This document shows, piece by piece, positions 40,897-52,540 of a stretch of DNA of 64,000 nucleotides (the stretch's first letter is position 1; each line of letters opens with the position of its first letter). The stretch is from the human T2T-CHM13v2.0 reference genome, Homo sapiens. The translations under genes and the position numbers were made by a program. The notes below the pieces were generated by a model. The model had not been told where the DNA came from and made no database searches. It saw nothing but the letters and a program-made list of their open reading frames with translations. Location: assembly GCF_009914755.1 (NCBI RefSeq), contig NC_060926.1. One strand, 5' to 3'.

Positions 40897-41544
40897 GGAC
40901 TCTTGAAACCACAGCCCGCTTTTTACTCTCCCCTGTCCTGGCCCTAGCCAAGGGACTTCTATTGTGAACCCCCCTTGGGGGCTTCTTTCAACCTGCAACC
41001 ACTGCCTGAACTTTTTTTCTGTCCTCCACAGGGTGCCCTGTGAGGTATGGTAAGGAACAGCTACCCTTGGTCTGTGCTGGGATCTGGGAGTGCATGCAAG
41101 TGTCTTCCCACTGCTGCTCCTACTTTGATATTCCACAATGCTCTCCAAATTGGTTCCTGTGCTGGGTGGGGTTAGGGCCTTACTCTGTGTCCTGGACTTT
41201 CAGGGTCCCTGGTGGGGGTGTGTATCCCAGAGGCAAACTCCCTTTCACAGTCTGGGGACTTGCAGCCCTTCTCTGACTCACAGTGTAGGCTGCAGCCCCC
41301 TGCTTCCTTCAAACGGTCCATAGATTCATTTGGATTTCCTGTTCAGTATCTGTGTTGTTTCTTGAAAAAAAGTTTACAGTGTGAATCTCTATACACCATT
41401 TTGTCCTTTGAAGTGGGAGAGGTATCTAACCACAATTTTTAAAAATTCGACTTAAGTAAAGATTATAGTGAAATCACGAGACACAAATTTCAATGGTATC
41501 TAATAAGAAACTTTGATTAAAGATTTTGAGTCATGATTTATCCT

Positions 41545-41935
41545 CCCACCAAATATAAACCAGACAAAATCTATGAAACAACAGTTTTCAAGATATTGAT
41601 CATCAGGCAGTGAAGGAAAGTGATTCCCAAGAAATGAAAAACAAACATGGTGAGTCCTATGATTGTCCCAGTTTACCGTTTTGAGAGAATTTCCAGGCCA
41701 TGGTGCAGAAAGGGTGAAACCACGTGGAGCCTGGCAGATACCTCGAGCTGAGAAAACAAAGCTGAGAGTCTAGGGGTCCAAGGCAATGAGAGTTCTCAGG
41801 AGAGGATAGCAGAGAAGAGAACCAGGTATCTGAAGGTCCCCCTCGAGCATTCAACAAAGTACTGATCAGGGTCTTTGCAAAGGAGCTACCTAAGACTCAA
41901 AAAAGAATCACTGAAAAGGTTAGGAAACAGTGCCC
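41545..41935 (+). mobile_element. Old L1M (L1MC/L1M4-like) 5'UTR fragment
   Basis: gacaaaatctatgaaacaacagttttcaagatattg..gagagaatttccaggcc resembles recalled L1MC 5' ends. Confidence 0.55.
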
Positions 41936-42261
41936 TAGCTCCTCTCTGTGCTAGTCAGGGCCCACTCCCATATGTCTGTGTCCCCTCCCAACCCTCATCA
42001 CACATTGAGAGAGAGGATTATTGGGTAGATGGTCTTTCCTCTGTCTTCCCCTCTTCAGAATTTCTTGCCTCCTTTAAGGGGAAGGTGCAGACTTGGAAAT
42101 TAATCTTATTTACTTGTAGGGTCAGAATAGAACATGTCCAGTGCTCAGCTCCTGTGTTCTGACTTTTCCCAGGCAAAATTTACTTAGCTGAATTTCCAGC
42201 ATGAGTATAGTTTGCAAGAAATGCTCACGCCATATGAAAAAGGTAGGCAACTTTTCTTTCT

Positions 42262-44318
42262 TTAAAAAATATTTTAACTTATTTTAGGTTCAGGAGTACA
42301 TGTGCTGCTTTGTTATATAGGTAAACTCATGATTTGGGGGTTTTGTGCACAGATTATTTTGTCACTTGGGTACTAAGCATAGTACCCAACAATTTTTTTT
42401 TTCTAAACCTCTCCGTCCTCCCACCCTTCTCCCTCAAGTAGGCTCCAGTGTCTGATGTCTCCCTCATTCTGTCCATGTGTTATCATTATTTAGCTCCTAC
42501 TTATAAGTGAGAACATACAATATTTGCTTTTCTGTTTCTGTGTTAGTCTGCTAAGGATAATGGCCTCCAGTTCCATCCATGTTCCTGCAAAGGACATGAT
42601 CTCATTCTTTTTATGGCTGCATAGTATTCCATGGTGTATATGTACTATATTTTCTTTATTCAATCTACCATTGATGGACATTCAGGTTGATTCCATGTCT
42701 TTGCTATTGTGAACAGTGCTGCAGTGAACATACATGTGCGTGTGTCTTTATAACAGAATGATTTATATTCCTTTGGGTATGTATCCAGTAATGGGATTGC
42801 TGGGTCAAATTGTAGTTCTGTTTTTAGTTCTTTGAGGAATCACCACGCTGCTTTCCACAGTAGTTGAACTAATTTACACTCCCATCAGCAATGTATATGC
42901 GTTCCCTTTTCTCTGCAACCCTGCCAGCATCTGTTATTTTTTGACTTTGTAATAATGGCCATTCTGAACGGTGTAACATAGTATCTCGTTGTGGTTTTGG
43001 TTTGCATTTATCTAATAATTAGTTATATTGAGCATTTTTCATATGTTTGTTGATTGCATGTATGTCTTCTTTAAAAAAGTGTCTGTTCATGTCCTTTGCC
43101 CACTTTTTAAGATTAAAAAAAAATTTTCATTTTTATTTTAATTTCTGGGGTTGCCCAATTTTAATGGGGTTGTTTATTTTTCTTGTACCTTTAAGTTCAT
43201 TGTAGATTCTGGATATTAGACCTTTGTTGGATGTATAGTTTGCAAATATTTTATCCCATTATTTAGGTTGCCTGTTTACTCTGTTGCTAGTTTCTTTTGC
43301 TGGGCAGAAGCTCTTTAGTTTAATTAGATCCCATTTATCAATTTTTGCTATTGTTGCAATTGCTTTTGGCATTTTCATCATGAAATCTTTGCCAGTTTCT
43401 ATGTTCAAAATGGTATTTCCTAGGTTATTTCCTAGAGTTTGTATACTTTTAGGGTTTACATTTAGGTCTTTAATCCATCTTGAGTTGATTTTTGTATATG
43501 GTGTAAGGAAGGGGTTCAGTATCAATATTCTGCATATAGCTAGCTAGTTATTCCAGCACCATCTGTTGAATAGAGAGTCCTTTCCCTATTGCTTGTTTTT
43601 GTCAGCTTTGTCAAAGATCAGATGGTTGTAGGTGTGTGGCTTTTTTTCTAGGCTCTCTATTCTGTTCCACTGGTCTGTGTGTCTGTTTTTGTACCAGTAC
43701 CACGCCGTGTTCGTTACTGTAGCCTTATAGTACAGTTTGAAGTCAGGCAATGTGATTACTTCAGCTTTGTTCCATTTGCTTAGGATTGTCTTGGCTATTC
43801 AGGCTCTTGTTTGGTCCCATATTAATTTTAGAATAGTTTTTTTCTTATTCTGTGAAGAATTTCATTGGTAGTTTGATAGGAAGAGCATTGAATTTGTAAA
43901 TTGCTTTGGGCAGTATGGCCATTTTAATGATATTGATTCTTTCTATCATGAGCATGGAATGGTTTTGCATTTGTTTGTGTCATCTCTGATTTCTTTCAGC
44001 AGTGTTTTGTAATTCTTATTGTAGAGATCTCTCACCTCCCGGTTTAGCAGTATTCCTATGTATTTTTCTTTTTTTTGGCAGTTGTGAAAGGGATTGTTTT
44101 CCTGATTTGGCTCTGCTTGGGTACTGTTAGTGTATAGCAATGCTACTGAGTTTTGTACATTGATTCTGTATCCCAAAATTTTGCTGAAGTTGCTTATCAG
44201 CTCAAGGAGCTCTTGGGCAGAGACTGTGGGCTTTTCTAGATTTAGTATCATGTCATCTGCAAACAGGGATAGTTTGACTTCCTCTTTCTTATTTGGGTGC
44301 CTCTTATTTCTATCTCTT
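42262..44318 (-). mobile_element. L1PA (PA13-16-like) 5'-truncated element
   Basis: 3'UTR ttaggttcaggagtacatgtgc; ORF2 peptides [41 protein letters not shown]. Confidence 0.92.
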
Positions 44319-45039
44319 GCACAGGAAACTTCTCTTCCTTGGATTCCAGAGATCTGTCCCTGCTTGAGTTGGGAAGACAGTTCAGCAGAATGTGAAAAGT
44401 GTAGGATCTGCAGGGAGCAGAGATCCATGTCTGACTTTCCCTCTGGAGAACTCACGATTCTGGACATCTCAGTAACCTTTCAAAACCTTGGTTTCTTCGA
44501 GGTATGAAATAGAAGCTCTAATCATAGACACTTCCTTATAGGATGGTTTAGATAATTAAATAATAATCTACATGAAGCATAGTCCCCATCATGTGGCCGA
44601 GGGAATCCCCAATCTCTGAGTTTCTAGCAGCCTCTAGGTCTTTCCCATATAAACTGCAGTTCACTAGGTATTGGCTCACTTTACAGGTTGATCATAGCTA
44701 CCCTGTTTGTGGCTGTTGCCCTGTAGAGGTAGCAATTTGGGAGCATGTTTGCCAACCAGGATGCAAGTCTTGTTCTCTAGGATGTTTGCCCCTTCTCCTA
44801 GTGCTTGAGTGCCAAGAACTGTCTCAAATAGCTAACGTGACTCTAAATGTTGGTTTCTTCCCCATGGTCTCCCATTAGCGTTACAAATAGGGACAATTAG
44901 GGGTGTTCTTAAGAACTTCCAGACAGCCAAGTGTTTCTAGTCTAAATAGCACCAATAAGTTACACCAATTCAGCCTCTATGACTGATTGTTCTGGATAAT
45001 TATGTTCCTTTCTGCTTTGTTCTTTGCCTCGCCAACCAC

Positions 45040-45465
45040 TTAACCCTTTTTAATGCCATGGACCCCTTTGGTTGCTGGAAAAACCTATGGACTCCTCAGA
45101 ATAATGCTATAAAATACATAAAATACCTAAGATTACAAAGAAGCCAATTACACTGAAATGCAGTTATCAAAATCAGGTGATTACAATGCATGTCCTTTTA
45201 AATTAACACATTAATAACAAAATATAGCATAAATTCTAATATGTACTCTAATTTTAAAGTAGCAACACATAGAATATTTCCAGATAGCTGCAATAAATGT
45301 AATATACTATGAAAATATATATGATTTATGTTGTTGACAAAGTCACAGTACTTTTAATTTTACTGTGTTTTGTTGCCTACTTTCAGAGTAAAGCCACATG
45401 CTAAATAATCAGATATCCATGCAAATAAAGATTAATTTTTTCCCTATCCAAGTTTGTGGGCCCTG
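45040..45465. mobile_element. MER119-like hAT-Charlie DNA transposon
   Basis: gccatggacccctttgg..cctatggactcctcagaataatg..gaaatgcagttatcaaaat. Confidence 0.65.
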
Positions 45466-45492
45466 AATTCTTTTTGAAAAATTGTGTTTTAG

Positions 45493-45801
45493 TTTATTAT
45501 TTTATTTTTAAAGACAGGGTCTCACTGTGTCACCCAGGCTGGAGTCTGGAGTGCAGTGGCACAATCATACCTGACTGTAACCTCAAACTTCTGGGCTCAA
45601 GTGGTCATCCTATGTCAGTCTCTCAAGTAGTTGGTAATACAAGTGTGTGCCCCTATGCCCACCTAATTTTTAAATTTTTTGTAGAGACAGATTCCTGCTA
45701 CATTGCCCAAGCTAATCTCAAATTCCTGGGGTCAAACAACCTTCCTGCCTCAGACTCCCAAAGTGCTGGGATCAGAGGCATGAGCCCCTGCACTGAGGCC
45801 C
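45493..45801 (-). mobile_element. AluJ
   Basis: Diverged antisense dimer. Confidence 0.9.
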
Positions 45802-46264
45802 TGTTCTGATCAAAGTACTTATACAGATTTTTTTTTCTTCATATGGATACATGGCTAAAAATCAGACAAACTTTACAACGTCCTGATAATTGCCCCAGTT
45901 CCACGTGTGCTGTTAATGTGTATTAAATAGGATTTATAGGATTTATGTGTATTAAATAGGATAAATATGATTTGTACAAGAGCAGTGGGTGTCAAAACAG
46001 ATGTTAGATACACAGTGAGTAATTTAATGTATTTGAAATACAAAGTGTGTCATGGAGAGTGTCTGGTGTCTTACAGAAATTTTATTTTCTTATTTTAATT
46101 GACATGCTTAAAATATGCATGTCAATATGGGGAACCATATCTTCCAACGATTTGGTCACAGGCCTTTCCTCCACTGTCCCTTGTGAGGTGTGCAAACCAC
46201 AAGGGACCCTTAATCCACATATTGATGGGCTCTATGTGAGAACTGTGACAATGAAATCCAGCCT

Positions 46265-46450
46265 CTGATATCTGTGTGGAGGGAAAGGAGGGTGAGGATT
46301 ATTGGCTGCTCCCAGTTGATTTAGAGTAGTGGTTTTCAAAGTTAAAAAAATAAAATCAAGACCAATACTGTGTGTTACCCAATACTGTATACACACACGT
46401 ATGCACAGATTACACCCATACATGAATACTTATGACTGAAACAATGTTCT
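46265..46450 (+). repeat. Local duplication B, copy 1 (pairs with 47665-47880)
   Basis: Shares ctgatatctgtgtggagggaaaggag..ccagttgatttagagtagtgg..tgttacccaatactgtatacacacac..cacagattaca with copy 2. Confidence 0.9.
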
Positions 46451-46725
46451 AATACTATGCCCAACACCTTCTGATATTTTCTATTCTATTCTATCCTGTT
46501 CAATTCAGTTCTATTCTTTCATTAAAATGTACTTAATTGATTTCATGACCCAATAATGGGTTAGAATCCTCAGTTTGAAAAGCACAGACTCTGAGGCTTT
46601 GAAATTAAATGGATTACATTGCAAATATACTATATTCCTTTTTTTTTTGACAACATGAAAATTATTGGTCCCATGTGAGAAAAGGGAGCTGGATGGAAAA
46701 TTCAGTATTCCTCCTTTCCCATTGA

Positions 46726-47089
<364 letters not shown>

Positions 47090-47664
47090 TAATTAAGCTT
47101 TTACAATGTTACCATGACTTCCTACACAAAGAGTCTTTGCTTTTTCTGAAACTGCATTTTGATTAAATAACTAGGTCTTTTGTGCCTCTTGGTGGTGAGA
47201 GGCTCTTCAGATGCTTGTATTTGTTTTTGCATTACTGTAGACTCCTTAAATCTTTTGTCCTCCTGCTGTTGTATGCCAGTTTGTCATCTCACAGCTTCCA
47301 GAATGTAAGAGCCACTTGTCCTAGGATACCATGACTTGTCTTTTGTGGATTGGGGTCCTATTCCTTTCAGTCACTGCCCTAGACAGTCAAGTCACATCCT
47401 GCTCATGGCAACATCGCCCTGCTGGTGCTGCATGACTGTGCCACACAAGAGCTGTGTTGGGCAGGCAGCTGTTGGCATTCGAATTGTGCCTGAAAAGGAG
47501 GTTCTCTGTCTTGGGGACAGAAATGAGTAAAGGAACACAAATGAAGGAGTGATGACAGTGCCATGGGAACACATTCTGCCCATTAATGTCAGTAAATTAA
47601 TTGCCACTGGGGTGTCCCCAGCTGGGCACAGAGGCTGGCTGCCCCTGGGAATTGTGGAGAAGAG

Positions 47665-47880
47665 CTGATATCTGTGTGGAGGGAAAGGAGTGAGGGTGAG
47701 TAGCTTTTACCAGTTGATTTAGAGTAGTGGCTTTCAAACTTAAAAAAAAAAACAAATGAAGACCCAGAGAAATGAATACATTTTACGTTGTTACCCAATA
47801 CTGTATACACACACACTCTCTCTCTCTTTTTCTCACAGATTACATCCAAACATGCATATTTATGATGGAAGCAATGTTTC
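47665..47880 (+). repeat. Local duplication B, copy 2
   Basis: Aligns with 46265-46450. Confidence 0.9.
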
Positions 47881-48710
47881 CCATTTCTTACTTAAAGAAT
47901 ACTTAACACTGTGGCTAGCCTAATGGGTTTTCTGAAAACTTACCAGTGTCAGCTCAGAGGTTCCTGGACATGCAAAGCTGCTATTAATACCTTCATACAC
48001 AGCACAAAAAAAGAAAGAGTTCCGAGAAGACACAATGTTGTTTACAGGTAATTTAGCCTCTTTTTCTTTTAAAATATTTCTGCTATGAGATTTACTTGTT
48101 TGGACCTTGTGATTTATTCAGATCTTTTCTCAATTTAGTGGCAAGAGAACAGTCATAATATGTCAGATAATCAATTTATCTTTAAAGTCGTCACCTATAT
48201 TATTTGACTTTAATAGAAAAAATGTACTTTCCTTTCTCTATTTAGCTTAGTACCCACTAACTAGATATTTAAAATCTAATCGTCTCCTTGAATGGAGAAA
48301 ATTATGTTTTCTATGATATTTTATATCTGAGAGGATTCATTAATAGGGATTTAAGTCTCTTACTCCTAGGTAATACTGAACCTGGACTTAAACCTAAACA
48401 GAACCTGGCAGAAATCTGTACTGAATGTGTAAGCTCATCCCTTGAGATTTCAGTACCCCAGCATTTTTAGTGGCTGAAATAATGAAAATTCTCATTAGGC
48501 CCTTGCCTGCTTGCGCATGTTAACTGCTCACTTTTTGCCAAACATCCCTTGTTCCCACAATATAATTATAAATTGCCAGTGTACTGTTTCTTTGTCAAGC
48601 AGGAAGAGACAACTTCAGGGACACAAACAATTTTGGGAGGAGGATTGTATGCCTTTAAAGATGTTGCAACCAGCTGCTGACACCCAGAAGTCTGGTTGTA
48701 TAAGGTGTTA

Positions 48711-49135
<425 letters not shown>

Positions 49136-49930
49136 AACCCAGACAAATTTGAGAGTTCTTGCTCTCCTGCCTTCTTGCTTTGGCCAACTTGAACACATCT
49201 CTGCATCTCCAAGCACCAATATCTTAGTGTTCGGCTCCAGCTATGCACTGGGTACACAGTCGTGAATTTGGGGTTGTACAACATTTGCATACTGTACTCA
49301 TTCAGTGGTCACTAGTAATTTGCCTCCCAGCTCAGTGTAGCTAACTAGATACGGAAAATGACTAACTGCAGTGTAATAGCATGATGTCTGTGGCATTACT
49401 AATGGTTGGAATACATTAGAAAGCCAACGTTTAGTTGCTGTAATTATTGTTATCAATTTTCTATTGTTTATTTGAAGAGTCCTGATCCAGGCTCAGAGGT
49501 GTGTTAGCTATAAAGTCATTAGAGTGCCTCTGGGGGCTACGACCTGGAGACGAACACTGTGAATAAAAACAAACGTGTTTCTGTGAAGTGTGGGAACGGA
49601 GAAGGAGGATAAATAGCAGCAGAACAAAGATCCCTTATTTCACCGTGGTGGAAAGAAAACTTTGCTAAGAGCCCCCCAAGGCAGGATCCTTGGGGCATGC
49701 CAGGCCTCATCTCAGGAATTTGTGCTACATTGAACCATTCTTCAGCCCTGCCCACATATAGATCTGCAGGAGAGTGTGGATGCCCTGAGAGGTTCAAGTT
49801 GCTCCTGAGTTGGCTGCTAATTAGATGTCATAACCATTCAGAGGCACCTCTAAGATTTGGGGAAGAGGGAAGCTGAGGAAAGTTGAAGTTTTAGTTGATA
49901 TTGCATATGGGATTCTGGGAACTTAGCTGG

Positions 49931-50302
49931 TGTTACAGGTTGGTTTTTCCCACGCAATGCTGAGATGGGATTTGGTGTGCAGGATACTTATCAAGGATTA
50001 ACAACTGTGGAAGAAAAGAGGTAGGAAGCAGGATTGGGCGGATAAAGAAGTTGAAATGTGACACAGGCGCCACTAGCTATAGTCAACACCAGGGGGAGCT
50101 CCTGAGTACATTCTGTTGATCAGAGTAAATTGTGATGCCCCTGTGTCAATAACGTCTCAATCAGCAACTGGTTGTTGGCTGTCTTTACAGGGTGTGTTCT
50201 CAGTAAGGTGACTCTGCAGCTGAGGAAAACCCTGAATGCTGACAGCTGGGGCAACAGGTCACCCCTAGAAGGGAGTCTGGGTGACACATCTCAACATCTA
50301 GC
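49931..50302 (-). mobile_element. LTR16-like ERVL solo LTR
   Basis: tgttacaggttgg..ctgagatgggatttggtgtgcagga..ggaagcaggattgggc..ctctgcagctgagg. Confidence 0.65.
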
Positions 50303-50379
50303 ACAACTAGTAAGTGACAGAGCTGAAATTGAGCTTGGGTTCTACTCATTCCAAGGCTGACAATATTCCTTCTTTTCTT

Positions 50380-51050
50380 CAGTTAGCAAATATTTTTGAA
50401 GACTTTCTTAGTCCTAGGCATTGTTTTAGGTGTTAACGATTCAGTATTGAGTGGAAAAGAAAAACGGGAAAAAAATCACTATCCTTAGGGAATTACATTG
50501 TAGCAGTGTTGGGGGAGATAACACATAAATAAAGAAGTAAAATACACAGTATATTGGATGGTGGTAAGTTCTTTGGGGAAAATAAAATAAAATACAAAAG
50601 GTGGAAAGGACTGTGTGAGTGTAGGAGGACAGGATAGAGGGTATTGTTATTGAAAACAGAATAGTCACAGCCTGAGCAACATAGTGAGACCCAGTCTCTA
50701 CAAAAAGTGAAAAAATTAGCTGAGCATGATGGCTCCTGCCTGTAGTCCCAGCTACTGGAGAGGCTGAGGTGGGAGGATCACTTGAGCCTGGAGGTCAAGG
50801 CTGCAGTGAGCAGTGATCGTACCATTGCACTCCAGCCTGGGCAACAGAGTGAGACCCTGTCTCAAAACAAACAAAACACAACAAAACCAAACAACCAGAC
50901 TAGTCAGACAAATACTCACAAAGGAGAGGACATTTGAGCTAAGAGCCAAAGAGGAGAGGGAGCATATCTTATGCATGTGGAGGAATCATTCCAAGCTGAG
51001 AAAACAGCCAGTGCAAAAGCCTGAGGTTGGAGAACACCTCGTGTATGCTT
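50380..51050 (-). mobile_element. L2 fragment split by an Alu
   Basis: ttagcaaatatttttga..ctaggcattgttttagg; acagccagtgcaaaagcctgagg. Confidence 0.7.
50670..50895 (+). mobile_element. 5'-truncated AluJ
   Basis: cagcctgagcaacatagtgagaccc..ggtcaaggctgcagtgagc. Confidence 0.9.
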
Positions 51051-51725
51051 GTCGTAGCATTCCTGTAAAAGATTTTGTGCATAGCACATCTAGCCTTGTG
51101 GAGAATACAGTATTTCCAAACTTCACTCATTTATGTACCATTGTGATAATTTTTGTAATATTCATGTACCATCCATACTATTATGTAATTAGATTTTAAG
51201 TAAAATGCCCTTTTCATATTTAAGTACATTTATTTTAGGAGACTTTGTGAAAATAAACAAAGACCACCCAAATGAGAAAACACAAAGGCTATTTATTCAG
51301 AGCTTATTACAGTAAAGGAGTCAGCCACTACCACTTGTGTTTGGCTCCAAGGCAGGCAGAGAAGTGGGAAAGCTTTATAGTAGAAAAAAGGGGAGACTTA
51401 GGTATGCTGTGATTGGAGGCTGTTGGAGTAGGGAAGCTGAAGGTAGGTTAACTAGAAGCGGAGCATCCTGTATGATTGGTTAGGGGTGCATATTTGGCTT
51501 TCTCTGGTTAGTCCTAAGTTGGAAGTGGAGACAAAAAATAGAGAAGTTAGTAACCAAGACTTGATTAATCTGTTATTAATCAAATCTTGGCTATTTAGAG
51601 GACATTGTTTACAACAGTTATTTCTTTATTATTTTTTGTGTAGTGCTTTCCTTTAGTTTTTTTAAATTTGCACACAATTCTTACACATACTCAATTATTA
51701 TTTGATTAAAAAAATTTTTTTTCTG

Positions 51726-51879
51726 TTAGCTGGGCATGGTGGTGGATGCCTGTAATCCCAACTACCTGAGGCTGAGGCTGGAGAATCGCCTGGGCCTGGG
51801 AGGCGGAGATTGTAGTCACGTGAGATCATGCCACTGCACTCCAGCCTGGGCAAGAGAGTGAGCCTCTGTCTCAACAAAA
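51726..51879 (+). mobile_element. 5'-truncated Alu (right arm) inserted in a FLAM tail
   Basis: ttagctgggcatggtggtgg..tctcaacaaaa; TSD-like aaaa(t)nct at 51711-51724 and 51876-51891. Confidence 0.85.
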
Positions 51880-52028
51880 TTTTTTTTTTCTAATAGAGAT
51901 AAGGTCTCACCATGTTGACCAGGGTAGTCTCGAACTCCTGGCCTCAAGCAATCCTGGCCTCCCAAAGTGCTAGGATTACAGGCCTCCCAAAGTGCTAAGA
52001 TTATAGGTGTGAGCCACCACACCCGGCC
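51880..52028 (-). mobile_element. FLAM/Alu left monomer with a 25-bp internal tandem duplication
   Basis: ggcctcccaaagtgctaggattaca occurs twice; TSD acatactcaattatt (51685-51699) / atatgctcaattatt (52029-52043). Confidence 0.85.
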
Positions 52029-52094
52029 ATATGCTCAATTATTTTATCTATACAGAGACCTTGGGAGAAAAGGAGAGAAAATATCATAAATCAA

Positions 52095-52540
52095 CTTTTT
52101 AAACTTTAAGCTCCAGGGTACATGTGCAAGTTTGTTACATAGGTAAACTTGTGTCATGTGGGTTTGTCGTACAGATTATTTCATCACCCAGGTATTAAGC
52201 CTAGCACCCATTAGATACTTTTCCTGATCCTCTCCCTCTTCCCAACTTCCATGCTCTGATAGGCCCCAGTGTGTGTTGTTCCCCTCTATGTGTCCATGTG
52301 ATCTCATCGTTTAGCTCCCACTTACAAATGAGAGCATGTCATATTTGGTTTTCTGTTTCTGCATTAGTTTGCTGAGGATAATGGCCTCCCACTCCATCCA
52401 TGTCCCTGCAAAGGAGGTGATACCGTTCCTTTTAATGGCTGCATAGTATTCCATTATGTATATATATCACATTTTCTTTATCCAGTCTCTCATTGATGGG
52501 CGTTTAAGTTGATTCCATGTCTCTGCTATTGTGAATAGTG
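52095..52540 (-). mobile_element. L1PA (PA13-15-like) 3' end
   Basis: ttaagctccagggtacatgtgcaagtttgttacataggtaaac..gctattgtgaatagtg. Confidence 0.92.

Larger units (their letters stand above)
36028..41426 (-). mobile_element. L1PB-type element, 5'UTR to poly(A), rearranged; carries an MKRN1 fragment in place of ORF1/EN
   Basis: TSD TAACCACAATTT at 36016-36027 and 41427-41438 with a TT/AAAA endonuclease site; 3'UTR at 36040-36380; RT peptide [14 protein letters not shown] (ORF 36940-37299); 5'UTR at ~39775-41426. Confidence 0.9.

Noticed and set aside
29443-44507. RT/endonuclease-like ORFs (FADDM, QGCPLS, PGPDGF motifs)
   Set aside because: Short broken frames of decayed L1 ORF2, not an active element or a novel RT system.
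51726-52028. A single Alu with an inverted right arm
   Set aside because: Separate TSD-like repeats around the right arm (aaaa(t)nct) and around the whole unit favour two nested insertions.
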